The position numbers and the translations under genes were made by a program. 59,578 bases of DNA. Source: a virus. Taxonomy: Duplodnaviria > Caudoviricetes. The stretch spans positions 1 through 59,578 of IMG/VR virus record IMGVR_UViG_3300006802_000106, one strand, 5' to 3'. The notes beneath the pieces were generated by a model. That model made no database searches, was not told where the DNA came from, and worked only from the letters and a program-made list of their open reading frames with translations. Of the stretch, positions 34,500 to 43,691 are shown piece after piece (the stretch's first letter is position 1; each line of letters starts with the position of its first letter).

Positions 34500-35366
34500 A
34501 TGTCTATCGCCAACGAATGCATGATCGTGAACCTCCAGATCGGCGTCTGGGAGGGCAAGCGTCTCGACAAGGAAGCCAGCCGGGACGTCACCAACCGCGC
34601 CGGTGCCGAGGAGGACGCGGCCCGGGTCAACAAGCACCTGATCCCCAAGGACAAGCTGAAGGCCGTCACCAAGGCGCAGGGTGCCCTGCGGCTGCACTTC
34701 TACGACCGCACGGTGCCGTGGAAGGACAACGGCGACCGACTGCTGACCCGCAAGCTCTACCTCAAGTTCATCGAGGAGCACGAGAAGCTGATGAACGACT
34801 TTCGCGACGCGGTCGAGGAGTTCATCACCAAAATCTACCCGGCGTGCCGGGATCAGGCCGAGTTCCGGATGGGTTCCCTGTTCCGGCATGAGGACTACCC
34901 GCCGGCCGAGAGCCTGCGGTATCGGTTCTACGCCAACATGCAGGTCGATGTGGTTACCACCGGCAAGGACTTCCGTCTCGACATGGACGAGAAGCACGTG
35001 GCGTCCATCCGCAAGGACATGGAGCGCGAGCTGGGCGAGCGGTCGAAGGCGGCAACCATGCACGTCTACAAGCGCGTGCTGGACGAGCTGACCCACTACC
35101 ACGAGGTCACGTCCGATCCGGAGAAGGTGTTCCGCAACAGCACCGTCGAGAAGCTGGAGGACCTGATCGACATTCTGCCGGGTCTGAACATCGCCGACGA
35201 CCCGGACCTGAACGCCGTGATCGACCAGATGAAGGATACCCTGTCGGGCCGGTCGCCGGACGACCTGCGCAACAACTCGGCCGAACGCTCGGCTGCCGCC
35301 AAGGCGACCGAGGAAGTGCTGGACGTCATGAAGGGCTTCATGAACACCATGAAGGCGGCGGCGTGA
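34500..35366 (+). CDS. DUF3150-like protein
   Basis: IVNLQIGVWEGKRLDK...TVPWKDNGDRLL...DYPPAESL pattern; follows the AAA/vWA pair. Confidence 0.65.
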   Translation: MSIANECMIVNLQIGVWEGKRLDKEASRDVTNRAGAEEDAARVNKHLIPKDKLKAVTKAQGALRLHFYDRTVPWKDNGDRLLTRKLYLKFIEEHEKLMNDFRDAVEEFITKIYPACRDQAEFRMGSLFRHEDYPPAESLRYRFYANMQVDVVTTGKDFRLDMDEKHVASIRKDMERELGERSKAATMHVYKRVLDELTHYHEVTSDPEKVFRNSTVEKLEDLIDILPGLNIADDPDLNAVIDQMKDTLSGRSPDDLRNNSAERSAAAKATEEVLDVMKGFMNTMKAAA

Positions 35367-35566
35367 TGCCGCGCTTCACATTCACCATGCGCCAGATCGT
35401 CGAGATCGAGATCGAGGCCGCCGATCAGGAAGCTGCGGCGCGGGCCGTCGAGAAGTTCTCGGTCGACTACCGGGACAACCTCGACAGCCTGCCCGCCGTG
35501 TTGAAGGCGGACGTCAGGATGGGGCTGTCCGCTCCGAAGGAGATGACCAATGCGACCGACCATTGA
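35363..35566 (+). CDS. hypothetical protein
   Basis: Coupled start. Confidence 0.6.
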   Translation: MMPRFTFTMRQIVEIEIEAADQEAAARAVEKFSVDYRDNLDSLPAVLKADVRMGLSAPKEMTNATDH

Positions 35567-35831
35567 GCAGATGACGCAGGAAGTCCACGAGCGGACCCGG
35601 CGGATCGAGACCCAGCTCTACCGGGTGGCCGAGGCGATTGGCCTCAGTCCACCCGGGTCCAAGCCTGTCTGGACGCCCTACCGGGTGGACATCCCGACCC
35701 CAAGCGTGTCGCTCAAGGACATCCTCGCCGTCATACCGGAGAGCGTACTCGACGGCCCGGCTCGGACGATCGGCATCTGGATCGCCGACACCAGACTGAC
35801 CAGTATCAACGTGGGCCGAGCGGCCACATAA
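35550..35831 (+). CDS. hypothetical protein
   Basis: AAGGAG RBS. Confidence 0.65.
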   Translation: MRPTIEQMTQEVHERTRRIETQLYRVAEAIGLSPPGSKPVWTPYRVDIPTPSVSLKDILAVIPESVLDGPARTIGIWIADTRLTSINVGRAAT

Positions 35832-35845
35832 CCGAGGAGAAGAAC

Positions 35846-36070
35846 GTGCCTGACGCAGAACGAGTGGAGATGATCAACGGCATGCCGGCGGCCGAGTGGA
35901 ACTGCCGGTTCAACCCGGACGGTTCGCGGCGTGAGCCGAAAGCCGCCAAGCCGGCGACCACCAAGAAGACGACCACCAAGAAGACGACCCCGAAAAAGCC
36001 TGCCGCCAAGGTGGCGCCGAAGCCGGGGCCGGCAGTCCCGGACGACGGCGTCAAGTCCGACGCGACCTGA
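35846..36070 (+). CDS. small Lys/Thr/Ala/Pro-rich histone-H1-like protein
   Basis: KAAKPATTKKTTTKKTTPKKPAAK; GAGGAG RBS. Confidence 0.65.
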   Translation: MPDAERVEMINGMPAAEWNCRFNPDGSRREPKAAKPATTKKTTTKKTTPKKPAAKVAPKPGPAVPDDGVKSDAT

Positions 36071-36079
36071 CAAGTGGCA

Positions 36080-36103
36080 GGGACCCGGCCCAGTCCGGGT
36101 CCC
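36080..36103 (+). terminator. GC-rich hairpin, possible terminator
   Basis: GGGACCCGG-N6-CCGGGTCCC right after a stop; weak U-tract. Confidence 0.45.
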
Positions 36104-36250
36104 GCGCTCCTTGCGCTTTCTCTGGGCATGCGTCACAGTATCGCCACACAATCACCGAAATCCGGGTGTTTATATGCCTATGCGGTCGACGCCGAACCTC
36201 GCTTGTGCTACCTCTGACCACTGGGCACACTTCAGCGGCAGGGGCGTACC

Positions 36251-36544
36251 GTGGAGTTCGACTGGCAGAGCGCGTTCAACATCCTCGCCGGGATTGCCGG
36301 TGTCTTCGGTTCGTTCCTTCTCTACTCCAGTTGGGAGGCAGTCAAGGAGCTGCGGCAGGAATTGAAGGAGGTCCAGATGCTTGTCGCTGGACAGTACATC
36401 ACCCGAGCTGAGCATGCCGAAGCCCAGAAGGCGACGACGGAGGTTCTCCGCACCATCCGGGCCGAGCAGCGTGAGACCAACGACAAGTTGTTCGCGAAGC
36501 TCGACGAGATCGCCAAGGAAGTGCGCAGTCCGGGCCAGCATTAA
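36251..36544 (+). CDS. putative holin-like membrane protein
   Basis: N-terminal TM helix plus coiled coil; near the endolysin. Confidence 0.55.
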   Translation: MEFDWQSAFNILAGIAGVFGSFLLYSSWEAVKELRQELKEVQMLVAGQYITRAEHAEAQKATTEVLRTIRAEQRETNDKLFAKLDEIAKEVRSPGQH

Positions 36545-36547
36545 CGG

Positions 36548-36592
36548 TTTACACTGGAATGTTCTGGCGTTAAGGTACAGGTTCAGAACCTG
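36548..36592 (+). promoter_or_regulatory. promoter with downstream dyad
   Basis: TTTACA-N17-TAAGGT, then CAGGTTC-A-GAACCTG (36578-36592). Confidence 0.55.
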
Positions 36593-36612
36593 ACACCACG
36601 TCGGAGCAACCG

Positions 36613-36909
36613 GTGACACAAGTCCACAACGACATCCCTATCCCGCGCAAGACCATCCCGAACCGATCCCGATGGAAATTCCCCTACGCCACCATGAACG
36701 TGGGGGACAGCTTCTTCCAGCCGTGCCCTACCAAGTCGAGGCGAGGGTCTATCAGCACCCACACGTCCGAGACCGCCCGGAACCTTGGACGCAGGTTCGT
36801 CACCCGGTCCTGCTGGGTGAAGCCGGGCAAGGCCGACGGCGACTGGGTAGCGGCGGAGAAGGGTGAGAAGGGCGCAGTGGCGGGTGTCGGCGTCTGGAGA
36901 ACCGAATGA
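36613..36909 (+). CDS. small putative DNA-binding protein (DIPIP...MNVGDSF...VWR), paralog of 44307
   Basis: Motif shared with 44307..44549. Confidence 0.7.
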   Translation: MTQVHNDIPIPRKTIPNRSRWKFPYATMNVGDSFFQPCPTKSRRGSISTHTSETARNLGRRFVTRSCWVKPGKADGDWVAAEKGEKGAVAGVGVWRTE

Positions 36910-37295
36910 CGGGAAACTACGCCGAGGAGTACACTGCCGGCCGCAAGGACGACGCGGACAAGCCGCGTACCGATTTGATCGACAGCTACGCCATGACGGA
37001 GCTGGCCAAGGTGCTGACCTTCGGCGCGCAGAAGTATGCGCCGCACAACTGGCGCAGCGGGATCAACGTCTCACGTCTGATCGCAGCGGCCAGCCGACAT
37101 CTTCTAGCACTGAACGCCGGTGAGGATGTCGACGAAGAAACCGGCCTGTCGCACGCGGCGCACGCCATGTGTTGCTGCATGTTCCTCGTCTGGACGCTGA
37201 AGTACAAGCCGGAGTACGATGACCGCTGGAGACCGGAACCGGATTACGATCAGTCGATGCGCGAGTTCTTTGAGTTGGAGTTTCCACAGACATGA
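36906..37295 (+). CDS. dATP/dGTP diphosphohydrolase-like (DUF5664) protein
   Basis: GRKDDADKPR.DLI...VLTFGAQKYAPHNWRSG...RHL...D.ETGLSH.AHA.CC. Confidence 0.85.
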   Translation: MTGNYAEEYTAGRKDDADKPRTDLIDSYAMTELAKVLTFGAQKYAPHNWRSGINVSRLIAAASRHLLALNAGEDVDEETGLSHAAHAMCCCMFLVWTLKYKPEYDDRWRPEPDYDQSMREFFELEFPQT

Positions 37296-38209
37296 TCAAC
37301 CGTACGGTCTTTTACGATGCGATCCGCCACGACCCGTTCCCGGGCACGCTGGCGCCAAGCCGGGTCGAGGGCATCGAGGCGATCCTGAACGCGTGGGAAA
37401 GCCGATACGATTACGATACCGGAGACATCCGGCATCTGGCCAATGTACTGGCTCAGACCTTCCACGAGACCGGCGCCCGGATGGCCCCGGTACGTGAGGG
37501 GTTCGCGACAACGGACGGCGTCGCGCGCAAGATTGTCAAGGACCGCCCATACGGTAAACCGGTGAACGGTCACGTCTACTATGGACGCGGGCTAATCCAG
37601 ATCACGTGGGACTACAACTACGCCAAGCTCGGCACGGCTCTCGGGATCGATCTGGTGGACAACCCTGACCTAGCGCTCAAGATGAGCGTTGCAGTCGACA
37701 TCCTGTTTCTCGGGATGATCGACGGCTTGTTCACCGGCGTCGGGCTGAGCCGCTATTTCAACGAGACGACGGACGATCCGCTCGGCGCCCGCAAGATCGT
37801 GAACGGCACCGACAAGGCGTCACTGATCGCCGGGTACCACGCGCAGTTTCTGGCGGCCCTGCAGGCGGCGACCGCACCAACTACACCGGTCGAGGTGACG
37901 AACTACCGGGAACCAGCAACGTCTGCTGCGGCACCCATGGGGCGCAGCGCGGCAGCGTACTATCCGGAGGACCGGAAGCCTGCCTATGCCAGCAAGACGC
38001 AGTGGGCGGGCACCGTGGCCACCGTGAGCGGCGGTGCGACGGCGGTCGGCTCGGCGGCACGCGCCATCGACCCGCGCGGTGGGTTCTCGGCGTTCGTTAT
38101 GGACAACCCGTGGGTCTTCGTAGCCCTCGGGACGCTGATCGTCGTGGCCGGTAGCTTCCTGCTGTGGAAGTGGCTCGACGAGCGCAAGAAGCAACTGAAC
38201 CAGACCTGA
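37292..38209 (+). CDS. GH19 (lysozyme-like) endolysin with a hydrophobic C-terminal tail
   Basis: LAQTFHET, YYGRGLIQITWDYNY, NPDLAL, ARKIVNG; C-terminal WVFVALGTLIVVAGSFLLW. Confidence 0.85.
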   Translation: MINRTVFYDAIRHDPFPGTLAPSRVEGIEAILNAWESRYDYDTGDIRHLANVLAQTFHETGARMAPVREGFATTDGVARKIVKDRPYGKPVNGHVYYGRGLIQITWDYNYAKLGTALGIDLVDNPDLALKMSVAVDILFLGMIDGLFTGVGLSRYFNETTDDPLGARKIVNGTDKASLIAGYHAQFLAALQAATAPTTPVEVTNYREPATSAAAPMGRSAAAYYPEDRKPAYASKTQWAGTVATVSGGATAVGSAARAIDPRGGFSAFVMDNPWVFVALGTLIVVAGSFLLWKWLDERKKQLNQT

Positions 38210-38243
38210 CGGTCACACCATAGTCTGACTGGGAGACGACTGC

Positions 38244-40213
38244 ATGATGCTGCAGTGGGACGATACCCGCGTGCGCGCCATGGACTGCGAGACTTCAGGG
38301 GTCAAACCTGAGTACGCTCTGCAGCCGTGGCGACACACCAAGGGCGAGATGTGGATCACCAGCTTCGTCCACCTGATCAAGGAGGGCGGCAAGTTCCGCG
38401 ACATCGGAGGGCTCGGTCTTCCGCTGGAGCGGCCGTCCGACGACCACGTCAAGAAGATGATCGCCGAGTTCTTTCGGGAGGTCGAGGAGAACGACCAGTA
38501 CGTGGTGGGGTGGAACCTCGCCTACGACGCGGCGGTGATGATCGCCTACGGGTTCGAGGAGGAGGTGTTCCGCACCAAGTGGCTTGACGGCATGCTGCTC
38601 TGGCGCCATTGGTTCATCGAGCCGGAGTACGACAAGGACCGGGGCAAGAAGAAACCCTACGGTCTGAAGGATTGTTTCGCCGAACTACTACCAGAGCTGC
38701 CGGCCTACAACGACGACATCGACTTCCACGACCCGGACCCGGCGGTCCGGCAAAGGCTCCACCGCTACAACGTGCGGGACAGCAAGGCGGCCTTCGGCTT
38801 CGCCCGCCACTGGTTCAAGTTGTTGCAGGAGTACCCTCAAAGGCTCAAGGCAGCGCTGATCGAGGCCGAGTGCATTCCGTTTATCGCGCAGGCCAACCTG
38901 CGTGGCATCCCCGTGGATACGCTCTATGCCAAGGAGCTGTCGGGGTGCAGAAGCTGCTCGCTGCCCAGAAGCTGGCGGTACTGGCTCCGGATGGGATCAC
39001 CGAGAAGATCGTCCGCTCACCGATCCAGCTGGCCAAGGTGCTGTACGACGACTGGAAGCTGCCGGTCTACGCCTACAATCCGCTGACCGAGACCCAGAAG
39101 AAGAAGGGGATGATTGAGGGCAACCGGTCGACAGACAAGGAGGCGCTCCATGAGCTGTCGTTCGTCGACCCCCGAGCCAAGCTGATCCACGAGTATCGAG
39201 GAGCACTGAACCAAGACACCAAGTTCGCCAAGGCGCCGCTGATCTCGGCCGAGTACAACGAGGATGGCCGGGTCCACCCGACGGCGATGATCTTCTCGAC
39301 CTACAGTGGTCGGATGACCTACGCGTCCGCTCAAACTGTCAGGTCTGACAAGGAGCGCGGGATCAAGGCGGCGTCCTACCCGATCGGGTTTGCGCTGCAT
39401 CAGGAGAAGCGCGAGAAGCACTTCCGCAACATCCTGATCGCGCCGCCCGGGTATGATCTGGTCGAGTTCGACGCCGCCGGTCAGGAGTTCCGGTGGATGG
39501 CCGAGGCGTCCGGTGACAAGACCATGAAGGAGCTGTGCGAGCCGGGTGAGGACCCGCACTCGTTCATGGGCGCCAGCATCGTCGAGCGTGACTATCGGGA
39601 GCTGATCCGGCTGTTCCACGAAGACGAGGAGCGAGCCGTTCAGGACCGCTATCTCGGGAAGTTCGCGAACCTCAGCTGCCAGTACCGGACGGGGAAGAAG
39701 AAGCTGCGGGCCAAGGCGCGTGTCGACTACGACATTCCGCTCGACGAAATGTCGGCGGCGCGGGTCCATACGAAGTACCAGCAGACCTATCCGGGCGTTC
39801 CGCGCTACTGGAAGACCGAGATCGCCAAGGTGCGCCGCCAAGGCTATCAGGAGACCTTCGCCGGCCGGCGTGTGCAGGTCGTCGGGAACTGGGACGGCGA
39901 GTGGGGCTGGTCGATGGGCTCCACTGCGATCAACTACAAAATTCAGGGCACCGGCGGCGACCAGAAGTATCTGGCGTTCAAGTGCATCAAGAACGTGGCC
40001 CGGAAGTACGGCGCGATCTTCGCGTGGGACCTGCATGACGGCCTGTACTGGTTCGTCCCGAGCGACAAGTCTCTGGCGTTCGCCGCCGAGGTGAAGGGCA
40101 TTCTGGACAACCTCCCATACCGTGAGGCTTGGGACTACGTGCCATCCGTGCCGATGCCGTGGGACTGCAAGATGGGCCGCATCTGGGGCGCAATGAAAGA
40201 GCCGACCTTCTAA
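38244..40213 (+). CDS. polA: family A DNA polymerase with 3'-5' exonuclease, interrupted by a -1 frameshift near 38942-38945
   Basis: Exo I DCETSG, Exo II GWNLAYD, Exo III YNVRDS in ORF 38244; motif A FDAAGQEFRWMA, motif B RYLGKFANLSCQY, motif C LHDGL in ORF 38609. Confidence 0.9.
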
Positions 40214-40242
40214 TTGACCTGAAGGTTCTGAACCACTATACT
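40214..40242 (+). promoter_or_regulatory. promoter, class B-related
   Basis: TTGACC-TGAAGGTTCTGAACCAC-TATACT. Confidence 0.75.
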
Positions 40243-40268
40243 CTTGGCTGAAGAATGAGAGGATCACC

Positions 40269-40439
40269 ATGCCAAAACTGTTCCTACGAAACACCATTAC
40301 CAACAAGCGTTACGAAATCCTGAGCAAGGACGCCAAGACCAACAAGCTGATGCTTAAGGGTCCGTCCGGACAGCCGTTCGAGCAGCCCTACGACAAAGAC
40401 TGGCTCAAGTCGAACAACTACGAGCTGGTGCAGGAATGA
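40269..40439 (+). CDS. 56-aa hypothetical protein (not in ORF track)
   Basis: GAGGA RBS; MPKLFLRNTITNKRYEIL...YELVQE*. Confidence 0.7.
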   Translation: MPKLFLRNTITNKRYEILSKDAKTNKLMLKGPSGQPFEQPYDKDWLKSNNYELVQE

Positions 40440-40528
40440 GCAACGACGCAACCGGACCGCTCGCCATCTTGTTGGTCTTCGTGGTTGGCTGGTTCCTTGG
40501 TATCCTGAGCGCCGATTTCATCCGGTGA
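40436..40528 (+). CDS. 30-aa membrane peptide
   Basis: ATGA coupling; MSNDATGPLAILLVFVVGWFLGILSADFIR*. Confidence 0.5.
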   Translation: MSNDATGPLAILLVFVVGWFLGILSADFIR

Positions 40529-40540
40529 CAGGAGCCACCA

Positions 40541-40822
40541 ATGCCCAGCAGCCCGAACTACAAGCGTGACTACCAGCAGGAAATGAAGACCGCCGAGACT
40601 CGTGGAGAACGAGGCGGACCCAACAGCGGTAAAGCGAAGCGTGCCCGTGCCCGCCGGAAGGCACTGAAGCTGGGCATGGTCCGCAAGGGGCAGGACCTCG
40701 ACCACAAGAAGCCGATTTCCAAGGGCGGCTCCAATGCCGTCTCGAACCTCCGGGCGACAACGCCATCCGCGAACCGGTCGTTCCCCCGCAACAAGGATGG
40801 CAGCATGAAGTCGAACACATGA
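40541..40822 (+). CDS. small HNH endonuclease-like protein
   Basis: DLDHKKPISKGGSNAVSNLR....ANR. Confidence 0.8.
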   Translation: MPSSPNYKRDYQQEMKTAETRGERGGPNSGKAKRARARRKALKLGMVRKGQDLDHKKPISKGGSNAVSNLRATTPSANRSFPRNKDGSMKSNT

Positions 40823-41205
40823 TCGTCATCGTCACAGGTGGTAGAGATTACCTCGACAAGCAGGCCGTGTTTCGGAAGCTGTCGCGGCTGAAGGAGGAGA
40901 ACCGGGGTCTGATCACGGTCGCGCAAGGTGAGTGCCCGACCGGCGCCGACGCGTTCGCCCGCGAGTGGTGCGACCTGAACGGTCTGGTCTGCGTCGGCTT
41001 CCGACCTCCGTGGAAACGCGCCAAGCTGGCCGCTGGACCGATCCGGAACGGGGTAATGGCAGCGTACATGGCTGCCCTGTCGAGAGCATTCTCGCGCCCC
41101 GCTGTGTGCGTCTGGTTCCCCGGCCGTCCCGGCGGCGGCACCGAGAACATGAAGACCGAGGCCGGCAAGGCCGGCATCCAGTTGATCGAAGGAGAGGCAC
41201 TGTGA
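40819..41205 (+). CDS. SLOG/YspA-like (DUF2493) protein
   Basis: IVTGGRDY, GAD.FA.EW, AAGPIRN..M, FPG...GT.NM. Confidence 0.85.
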   Translation: MIVIVTGGRDYLDKQAVFRKLSRLKEENRGLITVAQGECPTGADAFAREWCDLNGLVCVGFRPPWKRAKLAAGPIRNGVMAAYMAALSRAFSRPAVCVWFPGRPGGGTENMKTEAGKAGIQLIEGEAL

Positions 41206-41450
41206 CCCAAACGCTACGAGATGAGTATTCGGCGAACCGCATGCACGATGAGACCTACGAGGAATACCTCGAACGGCTCGTGGGCCTGCTCCGGAACAAC
41301 GTGCGGCAGGCGGCCGGATGGTTCCGGGAGTACGAGGACAGCCACCAGCTGAAGGCCGACGCCGAGCCGCTGTACGCGAGGAAGGTCGCATTGCAGGACA
41401 AGGCCAACCGCAACCGGGACCGCGCCGCCCAGCTTGAGGCGCTGCTGTAG
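41202..41450 (+). CDS. hypothetical protein
   Basis: GGAGAGG RBS; GTGA coupling. Confidence 0.6.
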   Translation: MTQTLRDEYSANRMHDETYEEYLERLVGLLRNNVRQAAGWFREYEDSHQLKADAEPLYARKVALQDKANRNRDRAAQLEALL

Positions 41451-41501
41451 CGTCTCACACCTTAACGAACCAACGAACTGATGAACCAAGGAGACTGACT
41501 G

Positions 41502-42038
41502 ATGCCACGCGTACACGTTGTCGAGAAAGCCCGCAAGGCCCGCCCGGAAGCCGGGATCGAGGTGGGTGACCGTTACTTCTACTGGACCAAACGCAGCGGA
41601 CCCTACACCAAGGGCCGCACGTACTACAGCAAGACCTACCCCAAGCCGTCGCAGCTGACCGGCTCCGCGTTCCTTCAGTCGGTGTACGCCCTGCAGGAGG
41701 AGATGAGCGCCTACTCCCCTGACAGCGATCTGGAGAGCGTGCGCGACGACTGGGCGCAGCGCATCCGGGAGATCGGGGAGGAGTGTCAGGAGAAGCTGGA
41801 CAACATGCCGGAGGGGCTCCAGCAGGGGTCGACCGGAGAGCTTCTCCAAGAGCGCATCGACGCGATGGAGAACTGGGCCAGCGAGATCGAAGGTGTGAAC
41901 ATCCCGGACCGCAAGGACTACATCGAGGCCGAGGATGACGGCGAAGATGAGGACGACACCGAGGACGCGGAGAACCGCTACCAGTCGGCGCTGGACGAAG
42001 CGTACAGCGAGATCACCGGCGCCGACCCGGGGGTCTGA
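41502..42038 (+). CDS. hypothetical protein with basic N-terminus and highly acidic C-terminus
   Basis: AAGGAG RBS. Confidence 0.75.
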   Translation: MPRVHVVEKARKARPEAGIEVGDRYFYWTKRSGPYTKGRTYYSKTYPKPSQLTGSAFLQSVYALQEEMSAYSPDSDLESVRDDWAQRIREIGEECQEKLDNMPEGLQQGSTGELLQERIDAMENWASEIEGVNIPDRKDYIEAEDDGEDEDDTEDAENRYQSALDEAYSEITGADPGV

Positions 42039-42064
42039 CGTGCGCGAACGCAACGGAGCCAGCC

Positions 42065-42298
42065 ATGAATGAAGCCATCAAGAACGCCGAGGCAGTGCCA
42101 GAGCGCATCCGCCGCATCAATCAGACCCACTCGCGGGATTTAACCGTCGAGGACCTGATTTGGTGTCTCGAAGAACGCGGGGCTTTATTCCCGCATGTCC
42201 GCGCAGAGATCGCCAAGCGCCTGACTCACATTGGGACTGTGCCCGAGGATGTGGAGCAGGTGGTTGCGGCGTTGGAAGCCGAGGTGCCAATCGGCTAG
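42065..42298 (+). CDS. hypothetical protein
   Basis: GGAG RBS. Confidence 0.55.
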   Translation: MNEAIKNAEAVPERIRRINQTHSRDLTVEDLIWCLEERGALFPHVRAEIAKRLTHIGTVPEDVEQVVAALEAEVPIG

Positions 42299-42545
42299 CC
42301 ATGCAGGCGGCGCTAGCTGACGCACTCGCCGAACTAACCGCCCTCCGCGCCGAACTGGCCAGCGCGCGGGAGCGAGCCGAGAGGGCGGAGGCGGCGTTGG
42401 CCGTGTACCACGCGCAGGATGAGTTATTCGCCGCGATAACCGACATCGCCAACAGCGGCGTTGACCTTGAGGAACTGGAGACCGCGCAATCCACCTGAAA
42501 AAGATGCGCGCTGCGCTCGCCGCAAAAAGACGTGAAGATTGGCAC

Positions 42546-42577
42546 TTGACAGGCACGTCATAATGTCGTATTATGAC
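42546..42577 (+). promoter_or_regulatory. near-consensus sigma70 promoter with overlapping operator
   Basis: TTGACA-N17-TATTAT; dyad GTCATAAT-N5-ATTATGAC (42557-42577). Confidence 0.8.
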
Positions 42578-42620
42578 AGAATTGACAATCAGGCCAATGG
42601 CCATATCTGAGGAGGATAAG

Positions 42621-42884
42621 ATGACCGTTTTGAAACTGCCGCCACGTTTCTGGGGTGACCACTACGAGCGTTGCGCCGGAAACCCGGGCAAGCGCCGCGA
42701 AGTGAAAGTCGCCAAGGGGTATGTGGTTGTCGAATTGGACGCGGATGCGCTGGAGGACTTGGTGTCGGATGCCGAGTACTACGGCGGCGATTTCGCGCCG
42801 GACTGGAGCGGTGGCGGCGGGATCAGGGCGTCTGCCCGCGCCACGATCCGCGCACTTGAGAGGCAGGGCGTTGTCGCCAACTGA
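42621..42884 (+). CDS. hypothetical protein, partner of the HTH gene
   Basis: GAGGAGG RBS before ATG 42621. Confidence 0.75.
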   Translation: MTVLKLPPRFWGDHYERCAGNPGKRREVKVAKGYVVVELDADALEDLVSDAEYYGGDFAPDWSGGGGIRASARATIRALERQGVVAN

Positions 42885-43065
42885 AATCAGAGGCATTAGG
42901 CGCAGGCTGGGGTTATCGCAGACCCAGCTTTCCGCTTACCTAGGGATCGCCAGTGCGCGCACGGTGCAGCGGTGGGAGTCCGGCGATGTTCCAATCACCG
43001 GGCCTGCCGCTCGCTGCCTGCAATACATGGCCCTGCATGGGCTGATGGACGATGACCATGTTTGA
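42871..43065 (+). CDS. XRE/Cro-type helix-turn-helix protein
   Basis: EIRGIRRRLGLSQTQLSAYLG..SARTVQRWESG..PI.GP; TTG start. Confidence 0.85.
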   Translation: MSPTEIRGIRRRLGLSQTQLSAYLGIASARTVQRWESGDVPITGPAARCLQYMALHGLMDDDHV

Positions 43066-43255
43066 TGTTGAAGCAGCGGCCAAGCTGTCCAGCCCGGAGA
43101 TGCGCGCGAGGGTGGCGAGGGCGATATGCCACCAGCCGGGAAGTCTTTGTCGGGGGTTCTGTCATATGCGGCGATGCCCCACAGCCATTGACCGGCACGG
43201 TGCCGACGCCGACGCCGCCCTTGCCGAGATCACCGCCGCGCTGACAGAGGAGTAG
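43052..43255 (+). CDS. small Cys-containing hypothetical protein
   Basis: ORF track; operon packing. Confidence 0.5.
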   Translation: MTMFDVEAAAKLSSPEMRARVARAICHQPGSLCRGFCHMRRCPTAIDRHGADADAALAEITAALTEE

Positions 43256-43258
43256 ACG

Positions 43259-43690
43259 ATGGACTGGGACCACCGAATGCTGGGACTGGCGCGGCATGTC
43301 GCCGACTGGTCCAAGGACCCATCCACAAAGGTCGGAGCGGTCATTTCCCGGCCGGACCGGACGATCGTGTCGATCGGGTTCAACGGGTTTCCCCGCCGCG
43401 TCGAGGACAAGCCTCACCGGCTGCTGGACCGGGATATGAAGCTGGCACTGACTGTCCACGCCGAACTGAACGCGATCCTGACCGCGCGCCAGATCGTCGA
43501 AGGGTTCACGATCTACACTTGGCCGCTGATGCCGTGCTCGCACTGTGCCGGCGCTATCATCCAGTCAGGTCTGAAGCGTGTCGTGTCGCCCGCCGACATC
43601 CCTGATCGCTGGCTGGAGAGTATGTCGTTCTCTGCCGAGATATTCCGCGAAGCCGGGGTCGTGCTGGAACGGTTGACAGGAATACCGTAA
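43259..43690 (+). CDS. dCMP deaminase
   Basis: SKDPSTKVGAVI, GFNG, HAE.NAI, PC..C. Confidence 0.92.
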   Translation: MDWDHRMLGLARHVADWSKDPSTKVGAVISRPDRTIVSIGFNGFPRRVEDKPHRLLDRDMKLALTVHAELNAILTARQIVEGFTIYTWPLMPCSHCAGAIIQSGLKRVVSPADIPDRWLESMSFSAEIFREAGVVLERLTGIP

Positions 43691-43691
43691 G

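Noticed and set aside
36906-40213. Z-genome (2-aminoadenine) pathway
   Set aside because: No PurZ or HD-domain dATPase found in an apparently complete genome
42871-43065. HTH as a CI-type lysogeny repressor
   Set aside because: Only 64 aa, no peptidase domain, no divergent cro/cI switch, no integrase
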